From positions 186,001-250,000 of the forward strand of contig JBLDXI010000032.1 in NCBI GenBank assembly GCA_047495785.1: a DNA stretch of 64,000 nt, written 5' to 3'. A model generated the notes under the pieces. It saw nothing but the letters and a program-made list of their open reading frames with translations. It was not told where the DNA came from and did no database searches. Position 1 is the stretch's first letter. Each line of letters begins with the position of its first letter. This document shows, piece after piece, positions 38,298 through 50,579 of this stretch. The translations under genes were made by a program, and so were the position numbers. The DNA is from Lepidodermella squamata. Taxonomy: Eukaryota > Animalia > Gastrotricha.

Positions 38298-38876
38298 TCA
38301 CCAATATCTAAAATAAAATCTGAGTACGAGTAGGGCGGCTGTGATAAGGCCGCCGACGATGCCGAGCACAGCCAGGATGATTGCCAATCGGTATTCGTTG
38401 CGGGAAGCGACGCCGGGCGGTCGGCATGCGAAAATGAGCGCCGGCATGGCGCACGGCCACGCGCACAAGATGAGCGCAATTATTGCGAGGGGCAGCGCGG
38501 CGCGGCGCATGCCTAGAATTTGCGGGTCATCAACTACAACCACACCGCCGCCTGCATCATGCTCGTCGTGATACGGCGCTATCCCGGCTCCGTAACTAGC
38601 CGCCATCATCGACATGCGACCATGGGGCGTCATCATGTGAGGGTTCTGCCCCATTTGCTGATAGGTTGGGTAGGGTGAGAAGAACCCGGGTGTCGGGTAT
38701 TGCGGTTGAATCGGGGATGTTGCGTTGTAGGCGATTGAGGGCGGCCGGTTTCGAACGGCGTCGTTGTAGGATGGGGGTTCGGGTAGTCTAGGGGAGGCAT
38801 TGCTGTTATTCGAGCCGGCATTAACGACTCGGGACCTGCCAGTGCTCGATGGTTTAGGCTCGTTTGGTGCAACCAT
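38298..38876 (-). CDS. Proline-rich transmembrane protein, dispanin/PRRT-like, with PY motif
   Basis: P/Q/Y-rich N-terminus with PPSY; C-terminal ALPLAIIALILCAWPCAMPALIFA and LAIILAVLGIVGGLITAALLV. Confidence 0.7.
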   Translation of the reverse strand: MVAPNEPKPSSTGRSRVVNAGSNNSNASPRLPEPPSYNDAVRNRPPSIAYNATSPIQPQYPTPGFFSPYPTYQQMGQNPHMMTPHGRMSMMAASYGAGIAPYHDEHDAGGGVVVVDDPQILGMRRAALPLAIIALILCAWPCAMPALIFACRPPGVASRNEYRLAIILAVLGIVGGLITAALLVLRFYFRYW

Positions 38877-39195
38877 AACAAGCCTAACATAACCTCTAAA
38901 TATGAGAGATTAATTGTATTTAATTTGGAATTGGGACGAGTTCGTGTAGTCTTATAGATGAACCAGAAATGGGATACGCACCTGGTTTTTCAATGCACTG
39001 CGCATGTTGTAGCGTGGCAACTTCATTAATGGAAGTTCTTTTGATCAAAAGATTTACTATACACCCGGTCTTTTCCAGGATAAAATGTCATTGAAATTTC
39101 ATCTGCGCGTTTTATTGAATACAAGATACCGAAATATGCACAAATGTACCTATTTTGAGTAATTAGTTGTTTATTGGGTGCACCCTAAATGCTTT

Positions 39196-39519
39196 TCATA
39201 TATAATCATAGCCATGTAAGACAAGGATGATAATAACAAAGCTGAGCAATAGATACACTGACATGATTGAGAATATGATGCATTTAACATTTGATTTCTT
39301 GCAACCAGTTTCGCTTTCGACGAGCTTCACATCCGGAATGTCATCGTCATTTTCGGCATCATTCGGCGGGTAAGTGACGAAGATATGGGAACCATTGATG
39401 TCGTCGGCAGTTGGAGCCTTTGAATCCAAGTTGCGGCCAGGGAAAATGCTTGTCATCCCATCGAACGGCTCAATGTCCTGAGTCAGAGGTGACGCATGAA
39501 AGCCGGAAGATGAGCTCAT
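39196..39519 (-). CDS. Small tail-anchored membrane protein, unknown
   Basis: Intronless ORF with an acidic N-terminus and a single C-terminal TM (IIFSIMSVYLLLSFVIIILVL). Confidence 0.5.
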   Translation of the reverse strand: MSSSSGFHASPLTQDIEPFDGMTSIFPGRNLDSKAPTADDINGSHIFVTYPPNDAENDDDIPDVKLVESETGCKKSNVKCIIFSIMSVYLLLSFVIIILVLHGYDYI

Positions 39520-40419
39520 TGTTGGAGGTTATTCTATATTCCTTTTAGAAGCTTTAGTTGCAATCTTTCAGCGGTTTTATGTGTAAGGAACGTGGCAAGT
39601 ATTGCCGCAAATTGAGTCCTCAATGAACGGCGTTCATTTTTCGTGAACATTACTCATCATAGTATGTGCATACTGTATATATCATAGTATGTCCTATAGC
39701 CAAACAAGAATGGCTAAGAGGCGTGCCTTTTAATCACATGAAAATTTGAGTCATTTATTCACGTTTGACCCCGGCATATTTCATAAACTTTAAATTAGAT
39801 TAAATTGTCGCCTTGATCCCGGAGAAATGTCAGTTGTTCAAAGCAGTCGACTCACTAATTTATAATACTGGCTTTAACGTGACGAAGTTTTTGAACTTGG
39901 GTTCAAAATAATATGCCGGCATAAGTATCGTTATTTGACAACAACAACTTACACCTCCCACGTTAAGTTTTTCAATAATGACCCCAATTTACAAAGCAGA
40001 ACGCAAGCGTCATGATTCATATACAGAAACATCAGCATCAGGAATGGGTACGTCATCTCTTCGAGCATCAATAACCGTTGGCCAATCGTTCTGCTGCGTT
40101 TCGAATTATCTGCGCACTTCGCAATCCGACGTCTTGGGTTTATTTATAACGATATAATTAACTTGGAACTTATTAATATTCAAGTTCAATCTTGAGGATG
40201 AATGAAATCGGGTTGTCGGTTCAAGTAATTTGAGGAGGATTTTAAGACACCCGGAAAGTGCGGAACCATCAAGAAAATTGTCAACAAGAATGATTTTCCT
40301 ATTAACGTTAATTAAATGCGAGGCAAAGACCTGTCAGCTTCAAAGAGCAGCGGAATACGAATCCCATAATCTAAGAAAGCCTGCAAATCGGCTAGTCATT
40401 TGCAATATAATTTGGAAAA

Positions 40420-43400
40420 ATGACCTTTTGCCATCCACTGGTAATGATCGCGACTTTCTTCACTGTAGTCGAAACACAGCCTTCAAAGTTCAACTGGACT
40501 CTACCAATGCCGGGCCTCATAACATCCTCAAGCGGCTTGAGGAGCGGGAAATTGCGACTGAACATTTTAGCATCCATAAATTACGGTAAGACTTTGTCTC
40601 AATATCGTTTTCTGATCTCAATCTGATGTTTTCTTGAAGACGGAGCGATATACCCATTAGGACCACTATGCACTGAAGCTTTAAGGATCGGGCTAGATGC
40701 CCTAGAGCAGGCCAATGTTCTTCCTGAATACGAGCTTGCGGCAGAGCTTATCGATGATACGGTGAGCATTTTTTCCTATTGTAATTTCTGTTATACTCTG
40801 ATCGATCTCAGTGTTACCAGTACCCTGGAGTCGAGCGAATTGTTAGACGGTTTAATTCGGAGGACCCGGGCATCAACCGTGTCCCAATTATGACAGGGCC
40901 AATGTGCTCCCTCCATCGATACACTGGGCGGATGCTCCAGCATTATCAGATGATTGGGGTAGTATGATTTTTCAGTATTTCCTGGCTTTCTAATCCCATT
41001 TTAATACATCTCAGATCACAGCGATATCGCCAGTTCGCGAAGTTCAATCAATGCGAAATGCGTATCGCAATCTTTACGTAATGAATCCACCGGCCGAAGT
41101 CACATATCAAGCTCTCGCCGAGTTTGTTAATTCAATGGGATGGAGAAAAATTGCTGTGATAACTGAGTCATCCAGCTATTGGCAAGAGGTTGGCTTCAAA
41201 ATTTCATTTTTACGTGTTAAAAATTTCATTTTTGCGTGTTTTGCTCAACAGGTTGAAGGGTGCATTACTAAGGAGCTGAAATCGCGCAACATATCGATTG
41301 CAGGAGTTACTAAGGTGGTTGCTGATGCTGATCCGTCTATGATGGATTTCGAATCTGCTGTAGTCGAAACGATAAAATTTGACTCTAACATATTTCTGAT
41401 TAATACGTATCATACCGCCGCAGTTGCTTGCTGGTTCCACCGCTACAACATATCGGGAAGTGGCTACGTCTTCCTAATAGAAGGCCACGGAATCTTTTAC
41501 CCGAACGATCGAAGCCATCAGTTAAGCTGGTGCAAAGAGGCTATGTTACTCAAGGTAGGTTGATCTAGATTCGGTGGAGATTGGCATCGTATTTTCTGTA
41601 GATGTTGCTTAGCACCTTTCTCTATGATTTCTCATCCGCGGCGAATGATGATTCTTTGGGAGCCCAGAGTGATTCTCTCGGAATGACGGCACGGGACTTT
41701 GAAAATCGCTTGAAATCACGCATTCAACGTCCAGAAACGAATTCGTTGTGGTGGGAGTGGAGAACTTATTGCTACAGCCAAATCGTTGCGGCTGGCTTAG
41801 TTCTAAATACTACGGAATCTTATTTGAATTCAAGTTATTTTAGCTATCTACTTTAATTTTCAACTCAGTAATTTATTCAGGGAACGAAAGCTTGATTGAT
41901 TGGGCAACTGGCAGCAAGAACTTCCGCAACAATGGTCAAGTTATCGAGGAAGCTTTAAAAAAGGAATTGCATCGGCTACGATACAAAACCCTGTTAGGGT
42001 ATGATCTGCGATTCGATAACGTTACCGGTGCAAGCAAGGCGATTAGAAACGCCACAATTTATCAGATTAGGAGCCGTTCGAATGGAACAAGTATCTTGAT
42101 AGAAACAATTAAAATTGAGAAGGTCGGATCGTACTGGAGGAACTACTCTGGAAAGGGGTTATATACCCCAGGACAAGTCATCTGGCAAACGAAATCAGGC
42201 AAACCCCCTTATGATTCCATTCGAACTATTGTCATCGGCAACAATTTAATCTCTCCTTCAATCCGTACAATATTGCTAGGCAAGTCCACATACCAAATAT
42301 TTCTTGTTCAATAATGTTCTTGAAATGTAATAGTTATCGCAGCCACTTTGCTTGTTGGAATCTTTTGCATTTCGGCTATCAATGCTATCAAAGTTCGCCA
42401 GAAGAACCGCGCAGTTTTGAACTCATTCCCGCTGCAAAACTATCAGATCCTAATGAGTGATACGTTTTTGCTTCTGGGCGTTTTAGCTACGCCAGCGGAG
42501 TTTCAGGATGTCACTTCGACAAGGTGCATGGCAACAATTGGTCTACTCAACATCGGGCTGATCAACCTTATAACAGCCATGTCAGTCAAAATGATGGCAG
42601 CTATTTGGATCCGTGAAACTATTACTCTGAAGTTTGAATCAGCAAAAAGAATGAAATTCAACAGCAACTGGTCATCGAAACAGCGTTCTACGCATCTAGA
42701 GGCGCTCAAGCAACGGGAGAGAAAGCGCGTTGAAGACTACAAAAAGAAGCTGCGACCGCTATGCACCATCGGCCCTTCGATCATGTTGGTTTACAGTATC
42801 ATCTGGTTTACCGTAGAGCCACTTACTGTTTCAGTTGTGGACAACTACTTCGAAAATGCAGTTGATAGCATTCGAATTCGGCATTATACGAGGGTCTGTG
42901 CCCTCCCTCCGACTCTTGCGTCAAACGTTCTGCTCGGACTCTTTGCCACAATTTACGCCATATTGCTTTTAAGGCAAATACCACTTGCTTTCTATCTTCG
43001 AACGGTAAGGAATTTAGTTGAGTTATGTTATTCAGCTATTTCAAAATTCATTAGAGCTCACTGGAGTATATGAATGATTTGCACTTGGTGTCGACATCCG
43101 CTTATTGTACCTGCATATTCGTGCTTGCCGCAACCACTCTCCTTGCCTGTTTCTTCAACAACAACGGAAGTGTTGTTCAAACCGGCATCGCATTCACTTC
43201 CGTTGTTATCGTGTGCATAAGCCTAGGGACAGTATTTTTACCTAAGGTAAGTCTGTTTTAGGCCTATTTGCATTATCATTCCAATTTGTTCGTCATTGCA
43301 GTTCCGGCAAGGCTATTATCTTCAAACTCGACCGAAGAGACGTACTAACAATAAAGATATGCCAAAGATAGAGATTTCTACTCCCGTTCCGAACAATGAT

Positions 43401-43520
43401 TCCCAGCCTCCATCACAGCCAGGATCCAAATTCGACTCTCAGCCCGGTTCCCTCAACACTGGCTCTAAAGAAACAGGTTTAGACTCGGAGCCAAGCTCCA
43501 GCTCCAGTTTGCCCAAGTGA
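40420..43520 (+). CDS. GABA-B-like class C GPCR 1 (Venus-flytrap + 7TM), about 9 short introns
   Basis: Signal-like start; ELIDDT-C..GPMCS; FVNSMGWRKIAVI; 7TM with WFTVEP, MNDLHLV and VFLPK; no Cys-rich domain. First intron 40586-40639. Confidence 0.8.
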
Positions 43521-43582
43521 TTCATTCACAAATGAAAAATGGCATTAAATGCTTACAAGCGCCAGCAATTTTAATGTTTGAC

Positions 43583-45266
43583 TCATAAAAGAATGGCTTC
43601 AAGATAGATACATTCACGATTTTGAAATAAATGCGTCACCTTTACATCAGAGTCCAAAGCATCATCGCCGTACAAAGCACCTCTTTGATTTGCTAGTTGA
43701 GCAGGCCCGAGAGCCTCGTAAATTTTGTATAATTTAAAACGTGGGTGAGCTATAGTTGAGTTTAACCTTCTTCCTGTTTCGTCGCGATAGTTGCTCCAGA
43801 TTGGTCGATATAAAAACGGCTTTAGTGGGTCATTTTCAGAATTGAAGCTAAAAGCTTCTGAGATAGCGGTTAGAATGCTATCGAGATTAACTTGTTCAAT
43901 TGAGACAAACGCGTCGAGAAACTCGAATTTCCCACGCTCTCGAACAAAGAAATGAAGATGATACGTACTACCGTAAGACATGCAGCCTGAGGCTGGAATT
44001 TGCTTCAATTCAGCCTGCCGAATGCGATCAGCGACATGAATGCATAGTCGACAATTAGAGTGAACATTAGCAAGGTCTATAAGGGCGAGGAATTGAGCAG
44101 ATGGACCGGTTGTTTTCCAGGATAGATAGGCTTCATAAGCCGAGTCATCTTGCGACAATGAGATCATTTGACTAGCTACGGCTTGTACATCTTCCAAGGT
44201 GTTTATAACCAGTACTGATTGATTCGAAGGTTGAAAATCTGCGATATTAGGCGCTCCAATGATTACAGGCACGGTTCCTTCTTTTAGGGCCTGGAAGAAC
44301 TTTTCAGTAACATAATCGATCTCAATCGAGTTTTCGAAAGCTGAAAAATAGAAAAAGTGAGCAATCACAATCCAGCTAGATAATTAGCATACCTAGGTGA
44401 AATTTGTATCGACCGATGATGTGTTCTTTCTGCTCATACAGGGCGTTGCGCTTACGTCTGTATAGCGACTGCGCACAGCCGCCGAAAAAATCGACCAATA
44501 CAGGAGATATACTTTGAAGAGTCTCAACAGCTTTCAATCTGAAATTCATAGCATCACAGTTTGAAATGAAAGCTGAAGATAGAGCGATGGCTGATTTTCG
44601 CCTCGGAGGAGCCATGTAGTCGTGGAGAGCCCATGAAAAGTAAGGTACTGGTACGTCGCTGTCGAGGCGAACTGTCATCACAACATCGAAAAGCCGCCTG
44701 GCAGTCTCGAGGTCATTTAATTTAACGTATGCTGCTGATTCCATCGAACGATACACGGATAACACAGTTGATCGATTTTCGAAGGGCCAGAGGGTGAAAG
44801 CTGCGTCCATATCAGGCTGCTCACCAGTTACTACCTCCTGTTCCACCGAGGGCAATAAGATGCACCTTATAGAAGCCAGAATTATTCAAAATGAAATGGG
44901 ATAGCAGTCATGCGCCTACCTGATATCGCAATCAGTGACCTCCTGAGCAATCGTAACGGAATCTGAGTTCCCGATCACAATAGGTTGAGACTTGAAATCT
45001 CTGCTAGATAACTTTCGTCCAGAGTAAAATTTGTTAAACTGACGCCGTTTTGCGTCATACGCAGCGAATCGCCCAGACATGGCACCCCAAGCTAAAGAGT
45101 TGTTGGCTAATTTTCTGCTACGAGAATTCAGGCGCGGGCTGCTGGTGCTTAGTGGCATGAAACTAACATTCTCGTCCAATGTGTCTATGCTTGCGATGGC
45201 CAAAAGTCCGATGAATAATACTATTTCGGCCCCGATCACGATAAAAATCTTCGAAACTTTCTTCAT
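43583..45266 (-). CDS. GT10 alpha-1,3-fucosyltransferase, plant core-FucT-like, copy 1 (exons 44920-45266, 44393-44865, 43583-44340)
   Basis: Type II TM; RSMES; SDVPVPYFSW; FISNC..NFRL; YKFHLAFENS..DYVTEKFFQAL..GTVPVIIGAPN; HSNCRLCIH; VRERGKFE. Confidence 0.9.
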
Positions 45267-45718
45267 CTAGTTAATCTAGTCTTCTTCTAGTAAGGTGAAA
45301 CAACAACTGCTCTCACGCTAATTCATAGCTGATAAAGATTGTGAATGCATTCTGCTACGGGATCGGAGAAAAAATGTAAAAATCCAAGTTTCCTATAGAA
45401 TTGGTCTATGCAAATCAGAACGTGCTTTCATCCGGTGATGGCTGATCATACATAATTTTGTGACCACTTGTTTTATTGAGATTATTTATGCGCCTCCGCT
45501 GAATGAAGACCGGTAGTGGAGTGGCGGTTCCGTTTTGATCTCCCACTCATAAAGCAAAACTCTACAGATCTGTCAACATGTGTAATTTGCCCAGAGCCCG
45601 CGATTCAATATATGGGTTTGAATTTGCGCAGATCAATAGATCGAGATGAGACAAACCAATATTTGCTTCCCTTTCACAGTGGGGATACTTCTGTGGGAAT
45701 AAAACACCAGCAGATATT

Positions 45719-46018
45719 TTATTGAAAATTATATTGCATCAAAACAAAAGTGATCACTGCAGTTAAAATCAAAATAATTGTAAACACCAGGAGAGTTACC
45801 ACTAGGTGGTGCCATAGCCTGTTGTTGCTACAGCGGTCGGTTTTTGAGGTAGATACCAAGTTGTCATGACTACTCAATCTGATGATGTAGGTAGGATTAT
45901 TGACAGGTTTGAATGCATTATCCAGCGATTCGCGTGAAATAGTGTCGATGTTGTACGAACCGTCTGATATTGATTTGATAGCTGTTGAAGTGGAGCTCTT
46001 TTCCTGTGGTTCTTTCAT
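45719..46018 (-). CDS. Small tail-anchored membrane protein, unknown
   Basis: Ser-rich N-terminus and a single C-terminal TM (LVVTLLVFTIILILTAVITFVLM); architecture like 39196-39519. Confidence 0.45.
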   Translation of the reverse strand: MKEPQEKSSTSTAIKSISDGSYNIDTISRESLDNAFKPVNNPTYIIRLSSHDNLVSTSKTDRCSNNRLWHHLVVTLLVFTIILILTAVITFVLMQYNFQ

Positions 46019-46549
46019 CTCAGAATGTCTCAACACCGATTGAAAAACTTCATGCGTAAATGCCGCTTCGCGCGATTATATACCATAAAATGTCTGTCTG
46101 TCGTGCTGAGGTTAAATTGTTGTGCTAAAGCATATGAATTTCTTACCAATTCGTGAGTAATAAAAGCTTCACCTGCGTTAACAAAAAATCCACAAAAACG
46201 TTGGTTTCCGGATGCAGTGCTTCGTCATCTGAAAGATATGTAGGATTGCTGATGATTTAGATGCTACAGTTGTACTTTCTTGGGCTCTTTTTGAAACAGT
46301 CATGTCGTGTTTTAAAAATAACTCACATTGAGTCAAGCGGGTGTCACTTTGCGCCTCTGATGAAAATGCATCTAAAATGTACGCACTTTGCAGCCATCCG
46401 GTTCATGGCCTACCTCTTCGTCGTTCGTCTTTCGTCCTGTTGAAGCAAACATCTAAACAGTTCAAAAATAGTGATTCGGCCTCTGCATAATCCAGCCTTT
46501 TTACTTCGAAAAACCATGACAGTGGAAAAATTGCTGCCATTCAAAGTCA

Positions 46550-47059
46550 TCATATTGTTACAGAGAAAAGTGTCATGAGCCTCGCCCCTACTCCAATCCC
46601 AATGCATATTCCGACAGCAGATAGGCTGAGTGAAATGAAGTAAATCCGAGTTTTATTCGCCTTCTTCATCGCTAGGACGATTCCAGGCACTGAAAAGAAC
46701 CAAATGCCGAAGAGGAAAGAGATAACAGCCAAAGCGATTGCAGCTTTTCGAACCCTTTTCACCTCGTGGTCGATGTTATCTGTATCTGTCACGACTATTC
46801 GCGGCCTGACAAGATTCGGATTGCGCTTATTCAAGGCTCCAAGATTCGGCGCTGAGAACACAGATCGCAGTGGGGAATGTTTCATCGGTATAAACCTGTC
46901 CGGATACGGTGCTCTTGGAACCGGAGGCACCTCGGCAAGGACTCTGGGCAAAGATTCACGGGACAACAAAATATTACGGCAAGACGGTGGTTGCTCTTCG
47001 AGCGTGTAAATTGGTGATGCATAATCGGGGGTTAAAGTTACAGATTCTGCTGTGACCAT
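46550..47059 (-). CDS. Dispanin-like two-hydrophobic-segment membrane protein
   Basis: AAIALAVISFLFGIWFFSVPGIVLAM and YFISLSLSAVGICIGIG; Pro-rich N-terminus. Confidence 0.6.
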   Translation of the reverse strand: MVTAESVTLTPDYASPIYTLEEQPPSCRNILLSRESLPRVLAEVPPVPRAPYPDRFIPMKHSPLRSVFSAPNLGALNKRNPNLVRPRIVVTDTDNIDHEVKRVRKAAIALAVISFLFGIWFFSVPGIVLAMKKANKTRIYFISLSLSAVGICIGIGVGARLMTLFSVTI

Positions 47060-47585
47060 CGATGGATGCCACGGCTAGCAGCAGATTGTAGTTGAGCGAT
47101 TATTTACGAAAAATACTAAATTTCCTCTTAAAACTCTGTTTCAGCGTTGATGTGCTCCCGAACTTCCTGTCATGCGGAAAGCTATCGATTCTACGTAGGA
47201 TAAGCTTGTCTTTATATGATACTCTGCTTGGATACTTATTGAACTCCGGCCAAACTGGCATTGAAGCATCAGAACTAACCAGAACACTAAAAAAGCTCAT
47301 ATTTTAACTCTAGGGGTTGCGAGGGAGATCCGCTCATTATTTTTACGAGCGATGCCTGGTCACGTTGTATCTTGTATCACAATATGCTGTTGGAGTGCAT
47401 TATTTACTCGCATGGTCGAGAAAAACGTGATAAAAATACGTTCACATTATTAACACGTCAGAGCATACGCTCATATTCACAGCATTTAAGGGAGATTCTA
47501 CGATAAAGCCAGAGAGATTATTTCTTGGTCTGAAGTGGCCGTACATGCTGCAGCTCAACCTGACTAAGCACAACAAATACGCATT

Positions 47586-48233
47586 ATGCTGAAACGATTC
47601 TTTAGATGGCAGCTTCCATCCATCAGTGGGGCGGTGAAATTCTCAGTGCATCTTCTTAGATCCACCCTAAGAGCTGTAGTTCTAATATGGATAATGATCT
47701 GGATTGAATTGCTGTATCGAGCTTTCTTGTACCTGAAGGGAGAGGAATCAACAATAATTCCTGTAAGCAAACCCGAGCCTACGATCTCTCATTCTTCATC
47801 TGTAAGTAATTTTGGACAAGAAAATCAAGAATTCATTCCTGTTCTCCAGATAAAGGCATCTAAAGGACGCCCGAGACAAATTGCTGTGTTGAGGCCTTAT
47901 TGCCATTCAACTTTCAAGAAAAAATCACCCGTTCGAGAACATGTTGTACCGCTCAAGCTAGAAGCTGGTGATTTCAAACTTGGGATGGATGACTTCAATC
48001 AGTATCGTCAGATCGATGTCGACCACAACACGGGAAAGAATCTCATGCTGAATGGTGGCGAAGAATCCATTCGACCCGTGCAAGCAAGATCTGAACTATT
48101 AAATGAGGCCCCGAGCTCTACAACAGTGTTGCCACGGCTCGCTTTGACGAAACAAATCCGGTCACTGAGTCGAAACATCAATTTCTCTGCAATCGCTTAC
48201 GAAATTTTTGGGTTTAAATTACATTCTTCTTGA
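47586..48233 (+). CDS. Hypothetical protein with N-terminal hydrophobic segment
   Basis: 215-aa intronless ORF followed by AATAAA; no recognisable motif. Confidence 0.4.
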   Translation: MLKRFFRWQLPSISGAVKFSVHLLRSTLRAVVLIWIMIWIELLYRAFLYLKGEESTIIPVSKPEPTISHSSSVSNFGQENQEFIPVLQIKASKGRPRQIAVLRPYCHSTFKKKSPVREHVVPLKLEAGDFKLGMDDFNQYRQIDVDHNTGKNLMLNGGEESIRPVQARSELLNEAPSSTTVLPRLALTKQIRSLSRNINFSAIAYEIFGFKLHSS

Positions 48234-48651
48234 TATTATTTTTTTTATAAATTTTAATAAATGATTTTGACGTTCAAAAAATAAAGGCAAGTGGTTTCTT
48301 TTTATCCCGCACTTTCGCACAGCACAAAGCAGCCTGGCATTCAAATGCGGCTAAAATAGCAGCAAATAACGTTGAGACGAGAGACGAGAGAATAGAAATT
48401 GTTAAAATAACAACACATTTACAGGTGTGTTGTGGCATGAAATGACTGCGGTCATTCTCTTGACAATTGCAGTCTACGCTGAATAGTGCTATGAGCACAC
48501 GCTGTGTTGTAGTCTAGTCTCATGCAGATAACACTTTTATTATATTTAATATATATGCACTCCAAGATTAAACTATTTCTTAGCATTTATTAAAGTTATT
48601 GCAGCCTTTTTCACAGTGGGGAATGCTTTCAAGTCATGCTTTGCTGACGTT

Positions 48652-50162
48652 ATGAATCGAAGAATGCTAATCAAAGCTATTTCAATTACTGTGATCGCCA
48701 TTTTGGTTCTCGCGAATTTCAAAACCGCAGTCCAGACTCTGTTTCCAAACAACAGAAAGACCGAAAGCAGGATTCTACCCGCATTTCAAGATAAAAACGT
48801 CGGCGCCCTTCATCGGGAGGAAGTAAACTACGATGCTGATCAAGATGAAGCCGTAGAGAGAGATGACGATTTCGGTTCGCTTGCAACGATTTCTATTCCT
48901 TACAAACAACCGTCTGAGCAGAAGACGCAGGACGCATTTAATCAAGGACAAGGGGAAGACAGCTATATACAGTCTGTCTACGAGCCATCTTCGGAACTTG
49001 AAGAGCCGGGCCTTGCCGAGCTAGATCAAATCAAGGACAAACGGATTGAGGAGGAGATCGAGAAGAGGAAACATCGAGCTGCTGAAATCTGCAATATTTA
49101 TTATGGGAAACCGAAAGCTACCGTTGACGATAATCTGTTGCTGTCGATTTTGAGGTCAAGATCTCAGTAAGATACTGCTGAACTTCTTAGTCTGAATTAT
49201 CACCTGAGATTTTCAATTTTCCAGTATGGTACATGAAAAGTACAAAATGATTGTCTGCCTGTAAGTTTGCGTATAAGTTGCTGCTCATAATTCCTATGCC
49301 CTTTGCCCATTAGAAATTACAAGGTTGGAACGACAAATCTGTTGAATTATCTCATTCAAATCAGTGAGTCGCTGACGAAATCTTACAGCTACAACCGAAC
49401 AGCAGTGAATAAGGTTCACTCCCGCAACTTCACTACTCCGCACCTCAAATGGTTGATTCACTACCCAAAAGAGAAAATGCTCCAAATGCTGAACGATCCA
49501 AGTTACAAGCGAGTCATGCTGGTCCGTGATCCGCTTGAAAGATTTGTCTCCTCCTGGAAAGATAAGCTGACCAAAGAGCCAGCATCTCGAATGCCATCGG
49601 CTAACAGGCATTATCAAATGGTAGGTCCTCTTGAAAACACTTTCTTGATCAATATTGAAGGGTCCTTTGCAATAGGAGTTGGGAAGAACTGTGATAAAAA
49701 ATGTGCGGAAAAATGCAACAAAGGAAGAGATCCAGCGAGGTTACCCGGTTGCTTTGAGCGAATTGTTCGAATTTATGAAATTAGTCGATCAAAATGCTCA
49801 ACAGTGGGATCATCATTGGTAAGTGTTGATTAGATTAGTTTGGACTGCATAAGAACTTTTCCTAATTTAGGCGGCCTTACTTACACAACTGCCTCCCTTG
49901 CCACCTCAGGTACGACTTCATCGGCCATCTTGATAGCAAGGAAAACGGCGGCTTCGGCGCGGAGCTGGAGTACCTTGCACGCCAAGCTACTGGGGCAACA
50001 ACCGTACCAAGGGTTCCTCTACCCCCTGAGCGTTACGTTGACAAGAAAGCTGATTTGAGGACAGTTCCGCCAGAACTAATACGTGATATTATTACTCGAT
50101 ACTATCTGATGGACTATGCCGTATTCGATTATCCAATGCCGGATGCGTTTTCTAGCAGATAA
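48652..50162 (+). CDS. Carbohydrate sulfotransferase (Sulfotransfer_2 / CHST8-14-like), multi-exon
   Basis: Type II TM; 5'PSB VCLNYKVGTTNL (across the 36-nt exon 49225-49260); 3'PB LVRDPLERFVSSWKDK; HW..CLPCHLRYDFIG; DYAVFDYP. Confidence 0.88.
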
Positions 50163-50579
50163 ACCTCAAAATAAAAGAACACGCCGCTTTCTCAGTAATC
50201 GCTTAACAGTTCAAACATTACCTGACGGATTACAACCCACGAAAAATCTACGTCATTTTCATTTTCAATAAATCCTGCTATTTCGGCCCATCGATTTTGC
50301 CACCCTAAAATAATTACTGCTCATTAGTATTCAAGCCTCTCATTCCGCTGTTTTGGCAAGGCGTTATTTTTCGAGCTTGGGATACATTTCGAAGGTACGA
50401 GATGCTCAGGTGCACACACTGTAGTCAGTATCCTAATTTTGATGTGCGTCTGGTGCTTCATCGTGATTTATTAGCCAATATCTCAAATCAAAACTTTGTC
50501 AGGCGGCTGCACATATTTTTGTCTGGGGGCGTCAACCAGATCTTAGAGACATCAAATTCAAATCACATAATTTGCAAAA

